This document shows, one piece after another, positions 26,897 through 36,422 of a stretch of DNA of 64,000 nt. Below the pieces are notes generated by a model. That model saw only the letters and a program-made list of their open reading frames with translations, ran no database searches and had not been told where the DNA came from. The DNA is from Lentimonas sp. (GTDB lineage: Bacteria; Verrucomicrobiota; Verrucomicrobiia; Opitutales; Coraliomargaritaceae), in contig JBLGBC010000001.1 of the NCBI GenBank assembly GCA_047617435.1, positions 5,502 through 69,501 on the forward strand, given 5' to 3'. How positions within the stretch are numbered: the first letter of the stretch is position 1; each line of letters opens with the position of its first letter. The position numbers and the translations under genes are program-made.

Positions 26897-28028
26897 GATA
26901 CATGACCGGGTAAATGTCCTCTAAGCGTTCAACCGGTTGTGGTGTTTCGAAATTGGAAAGCCAGCAGGCCGCGCTATCTTTATGCTCCGGGGCATAGCCG
27001 TGCATTCCCGGCAGCGTGCTAAGGTTAAGAAAGGAGGGGACGAAGAGTGTGCCCGGATGGAGGAGGTAAAAGAGTTCACCGTAGGTTTGATGCGGGAAAT
27101 TGCAGCGCCATTTTTCTAGGGTATCCGCATCCAGGATTCGGCCTTCGGGGGCGGATTCGAGGAGTTGTGTAATTTGTTGTTTCGCGCAGTCATTGTGAAA
27201 CCAAAAGCGCGCCATCGTTGAATCCCAGACTGCGACGTAATCAGGGCCATAGCGCAAGGGTAGTTTTTCACAGCGCGTTCTTAGATCTGAATTTTCCTGC
27301 ACTTCGGTCATGCCATGATCACTAAATATGGAAAGCCGCACATTTTGGTAGTTTTGCTCGGCGAGCTGCATCAAGTTTTCAACTTTTACATCAAAGGTGT
27401 TGAATGCTGCTTTAGTTTGCGGTGACCATGGGCCATAGCGGTGCATGGTGGCATCGAGCCCGGCAGTAAACAGGTAGAGTAATTCGACCTCGCCTGCTTG
27501 TATCAGTGCCTCCGCTTCAGCGTAATTGTCGGCATCTCCGCTGCGCCAGTTTGAGCGATGCCAGATTTTACCCGAGCGTTTCCACGCTTCAAAGATGCTT
27601 TCTTGGCCGCCGATGATACCGTTCGGTTCATAGATGTCCTTTTTTTCGGTGTAATCCAGCCACGGTAAACAGCGGAAAGGGACACTGTAGAGCTGAAAGT
27701 AGCCGGTGTAGCCTTTGACTTTGGCAAAGATTCGACTGAGCCGATTGCGCAACTTATGGTAGCCGGCAATACGCTCCGGGAGCCAGCCGAGCCAGCGCAT
27801 GCAGCGAAAGGGGGACTGGGCCGGGGGAGCTTTTACGAAGAAAGAAAAGTGCCCATGTTCATGGGGCGAAGTTCCGGTCAAAATAGTCGGATCGCAAGTG
27901 GCGGAGTAGCCAAAGAGTGTTTCACATTTTCTTTGGTAGGGCGCGACCGATTTCAGTATGCCGTAGTGCTGAACCAGCTCCCAACCCAGCGCGTCTGCAA
28001 ATATGAATAAGTGCACCGTTTTCTTCAT
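26874..28028 (-). CDS. alkaline-phosphatase-superfamily enzyme (nucleotide pyrophosphatase/phosphodiesterase-like)
   Basis: 384 aa. Metal and nucleophile positions are recognisable: IFADALGWE, SATCDPTILTGTSPHEHG, AGLDATMHRYG, IFSDHGM, GMHGY. Confidence 0.65.
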   Translation of the reverse strand: MKKTVHLFIFADALGWELVQHYGILKSVAPYQRKCETLFGYSATCDPTILTGTSPHEHGHFSFFVKAPPAQSPFRCMRWLGWLPERIAGYHKLRNRLSRIFAKVKGYTGYFQLYSVPFRCLPWLDYTEKKDIYEPNGIIGGQESIFEAWKRSGKIWHRSNWRSGDADNYAEAEALIQAGEVELLYLFTAGLDATMHRYGPWSPQTKAAFNTFDVKVENLMQLAEQNYQNVRLSIFSDHGMTEVQENSDLRTRCEKLPLRYGPDYVAVWDSTMARFWFHNDCAKQQITQLLESAPEGRILDADTLEKWRCNFPHQTYGELFYLLHPGTLFVPSFLNLSTLPGMHGYAPEHKDSAACWLSNFETPQPVERLEDIYPVMYHAAQSKD

Positions 28029-28393
28029 TTCAGGTCCAGGAATTCTTTAATGAGTTTCTGCAGCTTGCGCGGGCTGAATGGTTTCGCGAGCAGCGCATCC
28101 GGATTCAGCGCCTTGATGGCATTCAGTTCCTCATCCTGAACCGCCGCGGTTACGAAGACGATGGGGATGTGCTTGCCATTGGGCATTTCGCGAATGCGAC
28201 GATAGAGTTCGACCCCATTGATGTCGGGTAAACTGTAGTCCAGCACCGCGAGGTCGGGGGCGATACTTTCAAATTTTTCGAGCGCGGAGGTGCCGTCGTT
28301 AAAGAAAAAACCTTCACAGCCCGCTCGTTTGACTTGCAGCTGAAAGAGCCGAAACATGACGATATCATCATCAACTACTAGAACCTTTTTCAT
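28025..28393 (-). CDS. single-domain response regulator (CheY-like receiver)
   Basis: 122 aa. VLVVDDD...DLAVLDYSLPDING...VFVTA...LAKPF. ATGA-type overlaps on both sides. Confidence 0.9.
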   Translation of the reverse strand: MKKVLVVDDDIVMFRLFQLQVKRAGCEGFFFNDGTSALEKFESIAPDLAVLDYSLPDINGVELYRRIREMPNGKHIPIVFVTAAVQDEELNAIKALNPDALLAKPFSPRKLQKLIKEFLDLK

Positions 28394-30105
28394 AATGTAT
28401 TGCGAGATAATATCAGCACGGTTTCATCATCTTCCTGTAAGATGTTTTGAGTGTGTCGGGCGGCATCCATTTTATTGTGAAATAGATCCCACAGCTCGGC
28501 TGGGGCGATGTCACGATGTGTTTCAAACCAGTGCACCATGTCATCCCAATTATATCGATTCCCATCGGCCTGTGTCCACTCATAGAGTCCATCGGTGACG
28601 ATCAGTAGTCGATCCTGTGGGGCTAATTGGATTCGATTTTCGGTGTATTGCATCTCCCGGAATAAGCCGATTGGCGGGCCGCTTGAGACCAGTTGTGTTG
28701 TTTTGCCGTCTGCGGTGAAGAGCAATGCGGGCGGGTGCCCCGCTCCGGCGTAGGACAGTTCGTGAGTCGTCGGGTTCAGTTTGAATACAAATGCGGTGAT
28801 AAACATCGTGGCCTCTCCGAGCTGAGCTTCGAGTGCCATATTGGTATATTTGAGAAAGTTCGAGAGTGAGCCACCCCGGTGGTTGAATGCGATAAATTGG
28901 CTGCGGAAAATCCCGGCCAGAATGGCCGCAGAGATGCCTTTGCCCATCACATCGATGACGCATGCAGTGTACTCCCCCTCACTATTCAAGCTGACTTCGA
29001 CGAAGTCCCCCGCGACTTCCAATGCGCTGATGCTATGTATTAACAGATCGTAGCCGGGTATATTCGCTGGTTCGTGGCTAATGGGCAGTAATTGGCGCTG
29101 TAATTTAGTCGCGATATTTATTTCGGTGGATAGGCGCTGTCGTTCATCCCGTTCTTTTTCCATTAGTCTGCGGGAGAGCGTTGCTGCGAAGATGTCGGCG
29201 AGTGCCTTTAGGTGATGGACATCATTCGAACGAATCTCTCTTGTTTCGTTGGCATAGGCTACCGCGATGAGACCGACGACTCGGTCGCTAACCAAAATGG
29301 GCACACAAGCGCCGGTCGGGTACTCGTCAATACGATCAAACGGCTTATGCGGGCTCTTCGTGTTCCAGATTAGCGCGCCACTTTGCTTTAGCAGTTGCCA
29401 GTTTCCTTCCAATAAATGGCCAAAGAATGCATGTGCTTCGACTTTATCAATCCACTCCAATGCCTCAATGTTCATGCTTTGGTGCATTTCTATGTTGATC
29501 GCATCGTAATCGCGCGAATCCATGAAAATCTCCAATCCAGACCTGATGGAGTGGTCAATCAGCTGATCTTCGAGTAAGTTTTCGGCCATGCGATCGTAGA
29601 GTGATAGACTCTCGTAGCAGTCGGATAGCTCATCCATGATGGCATCCATTTCTTCATTCTGTGCTGTAACGTTGTTTAACCGTTCATAGTGTTTACCCAT
29701 CTGAGCCGTATAACCGGATGCGCTGATCCAGTGTTCATGCGTATCCGAAAAGTTGTGGATAATGAATAAACCTCGCCCCCCTTCGGCGAGCGGGTCCGCC
29801 GGCAGTCTGGGGGTGGCCTGTTGTTCTTTGGATGGCCCCGGGCCCTCGTCTTGTGTCTCCAGCCAGATGGAGTTGCCCTGCGCCCACCAGCGCGCAGAAA
29901 TTATTTTTTCAGGTAAGCCATAGCTACCGTGTTCGATCGCGTTGTTGACGGCTTCGGTAAATGTGAGTTTCCAGCCCTCTTTTTCGGTGTCATTCAACCC
30001 CAAAGAAAGTAGGAATTCGATGAACTTCGACCTCACATCGGGAATAATTTGAGGGTCTGCCGAAAACTGGTATGCGTAAATGCTTAAGCTGGCTTCACTA
30101 TTCAT
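28390..30105 (-). CDS. fusion protein: RsbW/SpoIIAB-like serine kinase (HATPase_c_2) + GAF-like region + PP2C/SpoIIE phosphatase
   Basis: 571 aa. The N-terminus has EAVNNAIEHG (N-box), DEGPGP and GGRGLFIIHNF (G-boxes). The C-terminus has ATKLQRQLLP, EVAGDFVEV, VIDVMGKGISAAILAG, YAGAGHPPALLF and LLIVTDGLYE, which is SpoIIE/PP2C. Confidence 0.8.
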   Translation of the reverse strand: MNSEASLSIYAYQFSADPQIIPDVRSKFIEFLLSLGLNDTEKEGWKLTFTEAVNNAIEHGSYGLPEKIISARWWAQGNSIWLETQDEGPGPSKEQQATPRLPADPLAEGGRGLFIIHNFSDTHEHWISASGYTAQMGKHYERLNNVTAQNEEMDAIMDELSDCYESLSLYDRMAENLLEDQLIDHSIRSGLEIFMDSRDYDAINIEMHQSMNIEALEWIDKVEAHAFFGHLLEGNWQLLKQSGALIWNTKSPHKPFDRIDEYPTGACVPILVSDRVVGLIAVAYANETREIRSNDVHHLKALADIFAATLSRRLMEKERDERQRLSTEINIATKLQRQLLPISHEPANIPGYDLLIHSISALEVAGDFVEVSLNSEGEYTACVIDVMGKGISAAILAGIFRSQFIAFNHRGGSLSNFLKYTNMALEAQLGEATMFITAFVFKLNPTTHELSYAGAGHPPALLFTADGKTTQLVSSGPPIGLFREMQYTENRIQLAPQDRLLIVTDGLYEWTQADGNRYNWDDMVHWFETHRDIAPAELWDLFHNKMDAARHTQNILQEDDETVLILSRNTL

Positions 30106-30111
30106 TGGTGA

Positions 30112-31278
30112 TTATTTGATGTCTTTGATCCAGCTGTCAAAGATCTGGCGAAGTTGTTCGGGTTCAATCGATGCTTGATACACGCAGTGTGAGGATTCTT
30201 CGAATGAGCCGATCTCCAGCTCTCCCATCAAATCTGCATAACTAAATGCACCGAGCGTCGCATCGCGCAAGATGGATCTCCATTCATGGTTCAATTCGGT
30301 TAAGGCTGCGGTGGGGCGAGGCGTGACGCCGAAGAGCGCGAGTTTTCCCTGTATGACTAATTTTAGCCAAGGCGCGCGCGCCTGTAGGCTTGTATCGATG
30401 GGCTTCGGCCACACTCGGCCTTTTGCGTCGGTGAAGGTTTCAGTCGTCCGTGGCTTTTGCTTGGTCCAGTTCCGGTAGAGTCGCAGGGCAATCCATCGGT
30501 CATAGATCGTCGGTTTCGATCTCGTTTTATTTTTATTTTCAGAGACTCCGCTCGCTAAAAATGCATCCAGACTCTTAATCCGCGCACGGTGCTTAAAATT
30601 GATTAATTCGTTTCGATGGATGGTTGCATCCTTGAGATTAATCTCCGGTCCCAAATAGGTGTGGGTGCCCAAGTGAGCCCGCTCCAGATTATTGCCGCCA
30701 GCTAGTATGCATCCGTCTTGGATGACGGCTCCCGGGCCCACGGTACAATTCGGCCCGATGGAAACAAAATTCCCGATCCAGTAGGGTGGGGTAAATATGA
30801 CATCATCTGCGATTTCACAATTCTTTCCTATGGCCGCAAAGTATCCATACTTTTTAGTCTCCTCGGCGAAAATAACGAGCCACTCTTGCTCCAGTTTATG
30901 CCAGTATAATATCAAAGACCAGGCATCGTCGGGGTAGCTTTCCTTAGGCGGCGTATTTGGCAGGCGATTCACGCAGTCATGAACTGTGGCGTCCTGGATT
31001 GACTGGACTGTATGCACTTCGATCTGAAGTGGCCAGAGCGAGGCCTCGGAGATTTGTCTACGTACATCATCATGCCGGTCTGCGACGTAGAGTGCCACTT
31101 TTTGAGTGCCTTGATCCACCGCCGCATCGAGCCAGTGGAAAAGCAGCGCCTGTTCGCCGACAGGCCATAGGGCAAAAGGCAGCTTACGTTGCCAGACTTT
31201 ATCAATATCACCCCAGTCCGCTAATGACAGATGCCATGTCTTCGGACCCTCAGGTCGGTGTTCAGTGGATTGCGTCAT
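30112..31278 (-). CDS. hexapeptide-repeat (LbH) protein with a degenerate sugar-transferase-like C-terminal segment
   Basis: 388 aa. The central region IGNFVSIGPNCTVGPGAVIQDGCILAGGN is a left-handed beta-helix. The C-terminal LKLVIQGKLALFGVTPRP...LGAFSYADLMG parallels LINVLRGEMSLVGPRPP...PGLTCLWQIGG of the adjacent priming transferase. Confidence 0.55.
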   Translation of the reverse strand: MTQSTEHRPEGPKTWHLSLADWGDIDKVWQRKLPFALWPVGEQALLFHWLDAAVDQGTQKVALYVADRHDDVRRQISEASLWPLQIEVHTVQSIQDATVHDCVNRLPNTPPKESYPDDAWSLILYWHKLEQEWLVIFAEETKKYGYFAAIGKNCEIADDVIFTPPYWIGNFVSIGPNCTVGPGAVIQDGCILAGGNNLERAHLGTHTYLGPEINLKDATIHRNELINFKHRARIKSLDAFLASGVSENKNKTRSKPTIYDRWIALRLYRNWTKQKPRTTETFTDAKGRVWPKPIDTSLQARAPWLKLVIQGKLALFGVTPRPTAALTELNHEWRSILRDATLGAFSYADLMGELEIGSFEESSHCVYQASIEPEQLRQIFDSWIKDIK

Positions 31279-31286
31279 GCGTGGAT

Positions 31287-32087
31287 CTAGTAAGCCCCGC
31301 GCCCGATAATTACAGCAGGTATGGTTTTTATTAAAATCAAGAGATCTTGGCGTAGACTTTGAGAATGGATGTATTGCAGGTCCAGGCGAACTTGGCCTTC
31401 AAAGTCAATTTCGGCTCGTCCTCCGATTTGCCACAGGCAGGTTAGGCCGGGCTTTGCTCTCAGGCGACGCAGGTGGCGCGCGCCGTACAAAGCAACTTCT
31501 CTCGGGACTGGCGGGCGCGGGCCCACGAGTGACATTTCCCCACGCAGCACATTTATCAGTTGTGGGAATTCATCCACTGAGAACCGGCGCAACCATTTTC
31601 CGGGTTTCGTTATACGTGGGTCATCTTTTAGTTTGAAGGTGATGCCGCCCGCATGCTGGTTGCGGTCTAATAATTGCTCCTTTATTCCATCCGCATTCAG
31701 CAGCATCGTGCGAAACTTAAGCATCGTGAACAGACGACCGGCTTCCCCGACGCGGTCCTGTTTATAGAAAATCGGGCCATTATCGTAGCGCTTTATCGCG
31801 AGAATGGAGATGAGGAAAATCGGTGAGAATAACATCAGTGCAAAGATGCTCCCGCAAAAATCCAACAATCGTTTCATGGCAAAAGCCAAACGAACGATAC
31901 AGCGCCAACGCATTTGTTTGATACGTGCCTTGCGATGCCACTTTTCCGCATTGCCAGAGAGTAGCACTTTACCCCAGAAAATGTTTTCGGGTGTGTTTTT
32001 AGGTGCTCCAGGTACAGTTGGCATGGATTTTTTGTAAGTAGACGAGGATTTCGGGTGCAAAATCACAGCCGAAGGGGGTATATCCAT
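31287..32087 (-). CDS. polyprenyl-phosphate glycosyl-1-phosphate transferase (bacterial sugar transferase, priming enzyme)
   Basis: KRLLDFCGSIFALMLFSPIFL...GPIFYKQDRVGEAGRLFTMLKFRTM...DEFPQLINVLRGEMSLVGPRPP is the PF02397 pattern. The start is uncertain: in-frame ATGs at 32087, 32024, 31913 and 31877, with 31877 (MKRLLDF) typical of small PGTs. Confidence 0.85.
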   Translation of the reverse strand: MDIPPSAVILHPKSSSTYKKSMPTVPGAPKNTPENIFWGKVLLSGNAEKWHRKARIKQMRWRCIVRLAFAMKRLLDFCGSIFALMLFSPIFLISILAIKRYDNGPIFYKQDRVGEAGRLFTMLKFRTMLLNADGIKEQLLDRNQHAGGITFKLKDDPRITKPGKWLRRFSVDEFPQLINVLRGEMSLVGPRPPVPREVALYGARHLRRLRAKPGLTCLWQIGGRAEIDFEGQVRLDLQYIHSQSLRQDLLILIKTIPAVIIGRGAY

Positions 32088-32325
32088 TTATATTATGCAA
32101 TAAGGCCGTCTCCTTAAGGTGTTGTCAATTGAGATTATGCAGGGTTCCCAGTCCTTTCCCCTCCCGTCTGAGGCAGTGCGGAGGTTGGAATCGTGCGCGG
32201 GTACTCGATCGATTCAATTCTAGGCATCGTTGGGTTTTGATCCGTGCTCACATTCAGGCGATGTGATGTCTCCGAATCGAAGGCGTGTGGGAGTCACATT
32301 TAATGGGCCATTCTAGCATTTGCCT

Positions 32326-32364
32326 GAAAAGTAAAACGCCCGATAGCTCAAGTGCTATCGGGCG
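32326..32364 (-). terminator. rho-independent terminator downstream of the DUF481 gene
   Basis: Perfect 11-bp stem cgcccgatagc/gctatcgggcg (32337-32347 and 32354-32364) with a 6-nt loop. On the minus strand it is followed by TTTTACTTTTC. Confidence 0.75.
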
Positions 32365-32483
32365 TAAAACCTTTTAAAATTTCAGTCATTGATGGACTGC
32401 TTTCTTTGTCGCGCGCACGGCAAATGCAGATGAACTGCCGGCGAGTCGAATCGATTTAAAAGCGGCCCGGTCGCGGGCTAGCG

Positions 32484-33548
32484 CTATTTCCAGGAATAGA
32501 TCATCCGCGAGTAGTAAGTCGTATCGAGTTTTTTATCGGCCGCGGGTTGGCTTTCGTACTCGTTTTTGACGCCCATACGAATGCTCCATTGTTGGCCGCT
32601 GCCAACTGGAAATTCGATGCCGCTATCGTGGATGATGGTGTAGATGCCGAAGTCATCCACGCTGGGCACATAGGTGAGTACGTTGTCCATGGAGAATACA
32701 TTCTTGTAGGTATAGCTGTGTGCTAGGCCAAAGTCCAAGGTGGCTGAAGATTCGTTCTCCGTGCCATTGTCGTAGCCTGTGTAACGGTGACCCAAACCAG
32801 AGCGAAGCTGTAGGTTTTGTTTTTCCTTGTTGATCAGACGGTAAGAGAGACCAAATCCAGTCGTGGCTCGGAATTCGATATTATCAATTTTATCGGTTTC
32901 CAAACGTTCGCGCACATACCAACCATAGTGCTCGCTGAAGAAGGATTCGTACGAGATCCCCCCCGCGATGCGGTCTTCGGTGGTAGCCCCCTCAGTTTCG
33001 CGTTGTTCCAGCTCGGCGAAGAAGGCGAGTTCATCATTCGGACTTTTAAGTTTTGCGTCGAATCGTGCACCTAGGCCGAACTCTTCGGTGTTGCCGCTCT
33101 TGCCCAGCATGTCCAAACTGCCTTTGAATTTCCATTGGCGACTCATTGCCAATTCCCTGGCTTTGAGTCCAGCAATTTGCGGATCCTCGGACTGTGGGCC
33201 CCAGCTTGCAATCACTCGGCTCAGCTCGGTTTCCATTGTTCCATCTGTGGATATGATTTTGATTTTACCATCCGCAGCAGATGCGACTGGACCTGCCATA
33301 GTCGTGCCACTGACCAAGCGCACAAAGAGCGGTGCTTCCGTCTCGAAAGAGCTGACGAGCGCTTGTTTGATTTCCAGAGTCCCCGCATATGCGGTATCCA
33401 AATAAATCACACCGGCTTCGATCCGGCTAATTGAGCCTGTTAGTTTGGCCCCGTCTGTAGTGATGACGACATCGGCTATTGCGGGGCTTAAGCTTGCGAG
33501 TAAAGCGGCGAGGCATAGGAGTGTACGGGTCATGTCTTTTTTATACAT
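32484..33548 (-). CDS. outer-membrane beta-barrel protein, DUF481 (YdiY-like) family
   Basis: 354 aa. Signal peptide MTRTLLCLAALLASLSPAIA (an alternative ATG at 33533). GKSGNTEEFGLGARFDAKL...FFAELEQRETEG...alternating beta-strand pattern ending YSRMIYSWK. Confidence 0.7.
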   Translation of the reverse strand: MYKKDMTRTLLCLAALLASLSPAIADVVITTDGAKLTGSISRIEAGVIYLDTAYAGTLEIKQALVSSFETEAPLFVRLVSGTTMAGPVASAADGKIKIISTDGTMETELSRVIASWGPQSEDPQIAGLKARELAMSRQWKFKGSLDMLGKSGNTEEFGLGARFDAKLKSPNDELAFFAELEQRETEGATTEDRIAGGISYESFFSEHYGWYVRERLETDKIDNIEFRATTGFGLSYRLINKEKQNLQLRSGLGHRYTGYDNGTENESSATLDFGLAHSYTYKNVFSMDNVLTYVPSVDDFGIYTIIHDSGIEFPVGSGQQWSIRMGVKNEYESQPAADKKLDTTYYSRMIYSWK

Positions 33549-33606
33549 AATAAAGCTGGTCTATCTCCAGAATGTGGAGTCACCTATGAGGTAGGTCAAG
33601 CCTGCG

Positions 33607-35409
33607 TTAGTTGGGCTTTGATGCCTGCTTCGGCGAAATCATTATTTCTTTAGCGGATAGTCCCTGCTTGATCATCGGAAGCACGTGTTCCGTGTAGGGG
33701 ACAATCACTTCGAGCACATAAGGGCCGTCGTGTTCAATCATCTCTCGGATGGCGCCGCGCAGATCTTCGCGTTTGACTACCCGGCGGCCTTTGACTCCGA
33801 ATCCATCCGCGATTTTAATGAAATCAGGGTAGATTGCGTCGATATTATCCGGGCCGCCGATGTTGTCTTTGTCGCATAGGACCGTTTGTCCGCGCACGCT
33901 TTCGTAGAGCAGGTCTTCCCACTGAACCACCATACCCAAATGCTGGTTATTTAAAATAATGGTTTTGGCATTGATCTTCTCAATGTGGGCAGTGGCCAGT
34001 TCCTGAATGTTCATCATGAAGCAACCGTCCCCATCGATGTTGACGACCAGTCGATCCGGGCAGGCCACTTTAGCTCCAATCGCGGCAGGCAGACCAAAGC
34101 CCATCGTACCGAGGCCGAGCGAACTGATGAAGGTGCGCGGCTCCCGAATTTTAAAGAATTGCGCGGCCCACATTTGGTGCTGGCCGACTCCAGTGGTGAT
34201 GATGGCATCCCCCTTGGTTTCGAGGTAGAGTGTTTCAATCGCCTCCTGTTGCGTGATGTGGCCGGTATTATCGTAGCTGAAGGGGTATTCGGCTTTCCAA
34301 GCATTGATGGTCTTAAACCATTCGGTCAGGTCCGGCTTTTGGTACTTGTTGGATTTGATCAGCTCGCACATGCGAACCAGCGCGTATTTGATCTCGCAAT
34401 GAATCGGATGCTGCACGCGCTTGTTCTTGTTGTGCTCGGACACATCAATGTCGATATGGATGATTTCGGCATCCGGCGCAAAGGTATCGACCTTACCGGT
34501 AACACGGTCATCGAAGCGTGCCCCGGCGCAGATGAGCAAGTCGCTATCGCAGACGGCCCAGTTGCCAGCAACTGTGCCGTGCATGCCGAACCAGTAGAGC
34601 GACTGTGGGTGTTCGGCATCAAATGCACCGAGCCCCATCAAAGTGGATGCCACTGGGAGTCCGGTCAGTTCTGCGAATTCGCGCAGTTCGAGGTGAGCTT
34701 CTGAGGAAATAATACCGCCACCGATATATAATACCGGACGCTTCGCGGCAGTGATCAGATCGAGCACTTTGCTGAGCTCGGCATCGCTGGCCTGTGGTTT
34801 CGTATCTTCAATCTTGTAGCCGGGGAGATCCAGCTTTGCGGGGAATATGGGCCGGTAAATGGCTTGTTGCACATCCTTCGGAATGTCGATCACGACGGGG
34901 CCCGGGCGCCCGGTTTGGGCGATGTGAAAGGCTTCTTTGACTACGCGAGGCAGGTCTTCTTTATCCAGAACTAGAAAGCTATGCTTCACGATCGGCAGCG
35001 TCATGCCGAAAAAATCGGTTTCTTGAAAGGCCGCCTTGCCGATAAATTCTTGATAGACCTGTCCGGTAATCGCAATTAGTGGAATGCTGTCCATGAAGGC
35101 ATCCGCGATACAAGTGACCAAGTTGGTTGCACCCGGACCGGAAGTCGCCATGCATACGCTGGCCTTGCCAGTGACACGGGCATGACCATGCGCCATGAAG
35201 CCGCCTCCTTGCTCAAAGCGCGGCAGAATGGTACGGATTTTTTTACTGCGAGTCAGGGCCTGGTGCAGTTCCATCGAAGCCCCGCCCGGGTACGCATACA
35301 CCACATCCACTCCCTCGCGCTCAAGAGAGGCGACCAAGACATCGGCACCCTTCATTTCGGGTCCAATTTCGTCCTGTTCAGGAAAGTCGATTGATTGATC
35401 GGTTTTCAT
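33607..35409 (-). CDS. ilvB: acetolactate synthase large (catalytic) subunit, biosynthetic type
   Basis: 600 aa. [81 protein letters not shown] is the ThDP/FAD AHAS pattern. No small-subunit gene is adjacent. Confidence 0.92.
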   Translation of the reverse strand: MKTDQSIDFPEQDEIGPEMKGADVLVASLEREGVDVVYAYPGGASMELHQALTRSKKIRTILPRFEQGGGFMAHGHARVTGKASVCMATSGPGATNLVTCIADAFMDSIPLIAITGQVYQEFIGKAAFQETDFFGMTLPIVKHSFLVLDKEDLPRVVKEAFHIAQTGRPGPVVIDIPKDVQQAIYRPIFPAKLDLPGYKIEDTKPQASDAELSKVLDLITAAKRPVLYIGGGIISSEAHLELREFAELTGLPVASTLMGLGAFDAEHPQSLYWFGMHGTVAGNWAVCDSDLLICAGARFDDRVTGKVDTFAPDAEIIHIDIDVSEHNKNKRVQHPIHCEIKYALVRMCELIKSNKYQKPDLTEWFKTINAWKAEYPFSYDNTGHITQQEAIETLYLETKGDAIITTGVGQHQMWAAQFFKIREPRTFISSLGLGTMGFGLPAAIGAKVACPDRLVVNIDGDGCFMMNIQELATAHIEKINAKTIILNNQHLGMVVQWEDLLYESVRGQTVLCDKDNIGGPDNIDAIYPDFIKIADGFGVKGRRVVKREDLRGAIREMIEHDGPYVLEVIVPYTEHVLPMIKQGLSAKEIMISPKQASKPN

Positions 35410-35606
35410 TGTTGTGTTGTGTTATACGTGTTTTGGCAGAATGCGGGCCCCAGGACCGCAGTGAAAAATCAGAAAGAAGACATTAAATGGAGATTGAATC
35501 AAGCACGGAAGCGCTTTAGCGGTTCGGTTGCGCGTGCATTTTTTGAGTAATCGGATTATACTGAGTTGAAGGTTGCCGACTGGCGCGCATTAATTGTTTT
35601 AAAGCT

Positions 35607-36398
35607 ATGCCAAAAGTTTTATTTTTAGGAGATATAGTGGGTCGACCGGGTCGCAACTTTGTGAAAGCGCGGATCGCGAGTCTGCGCGAAGAACTCGCAG
35701 CCGATATCGTGATCGTGAACGCAGAAAATTCTGCGGGTGGTTCCGGTATGACCGGAAAGATCGCCGAAGAGCTGATTCATGCGGGAGTGGATGCAATCAC
35801 TCTGGGGGACCATGTCTGGGACCAGAAGAACTTTGAGAATGAAATCGAAGCCTTGGGGCAGGTGTGTCGACCGGCCAACCTGCCCGAGTATAATCCGGGG
35901 CGCACGCATTTGATTGTTGAAAAAAATGGCTTCCGCTTGGGGATCTTCACCGTATTGGGGCGTAATTACCTCACTATGAAATCCAGCTGCCCGTTTCAGA
36001 TGGCCGACCGGAAAATAGAGGAGCTAGCCGGGCAGTGCGATGCGGTATTTGTTGAGTCGCATATGGAAGCGACTTCCGAAAAGATCGCTTTAGGCTGGCA
36101 TTTAGATGGCCGCGCAGCTGCAGTGATTGGCACGCATACACATGTGCCGACGGCTGATGGCCGTGTTTTACCCGGGGGTACTGCTTACTTGAGCGATGCC
36201 GGGATGTGTGGGCCTTATGCTTCGGTTTTAGGCCGAGATGTGGAGGAAGTGCTCGCCACCTTTCTGGATGGTATGAAGCGGCGCTTTCCCGTGGCGACTG
36301 ATGATGTGCGCATTTGCGGTTGTCTCATCGAGGTGGATGCTGCGACTGGATTGGCGCTTTCATTTGAGCGAATCGAAGTCCTTCAAGCGGTCTGCTAG
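35607..36398 (+). CDS. ymdB: YmdB-family metallophosphoesterase (TIGR00282)
   Basis: 263 aa. [16 protein letters not shown]...[15 protein letters not shown]...ITLGDHVWD...[29 protein letters not shown]. Confidence 0.85.
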   Translation: MPKVLFLGDIVGRPGRNFVKARIASLREELAADIVIVNAENSAGGSGMTGKIAEELIHAGVDAITLGDHVWDQKNFENEIEALGQVCRPANLPEYNPGRTHLIVEKNGFRLGIFTVLGRNYLTMKSSCPFQMADRKIEELAGQCDAVFVESHMEATSEKIALGWHLDGRAAAVIGTHTHVPTADGRVLPGGTAYLSDAGMCGPYASVLGRDVEEVLATFLDGMKRRFPVATDDVRICGCLIEVDAATGLALSFERIEVLQAVC

Positions 36399-36422
36399 TA
36401 CCGCTATTCCTTGGTTGAGGTA

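Noticed and set aside
33607-35409. Missing ilvN (acetolactate synthase small subunit) next to ilvB, considered as an anomaly.
   Set aside because: Unlinked ilvB and ilvN (ilvH) genes do occur, so this cannot be evaluated from one window. It is not evidence of anything unusual.
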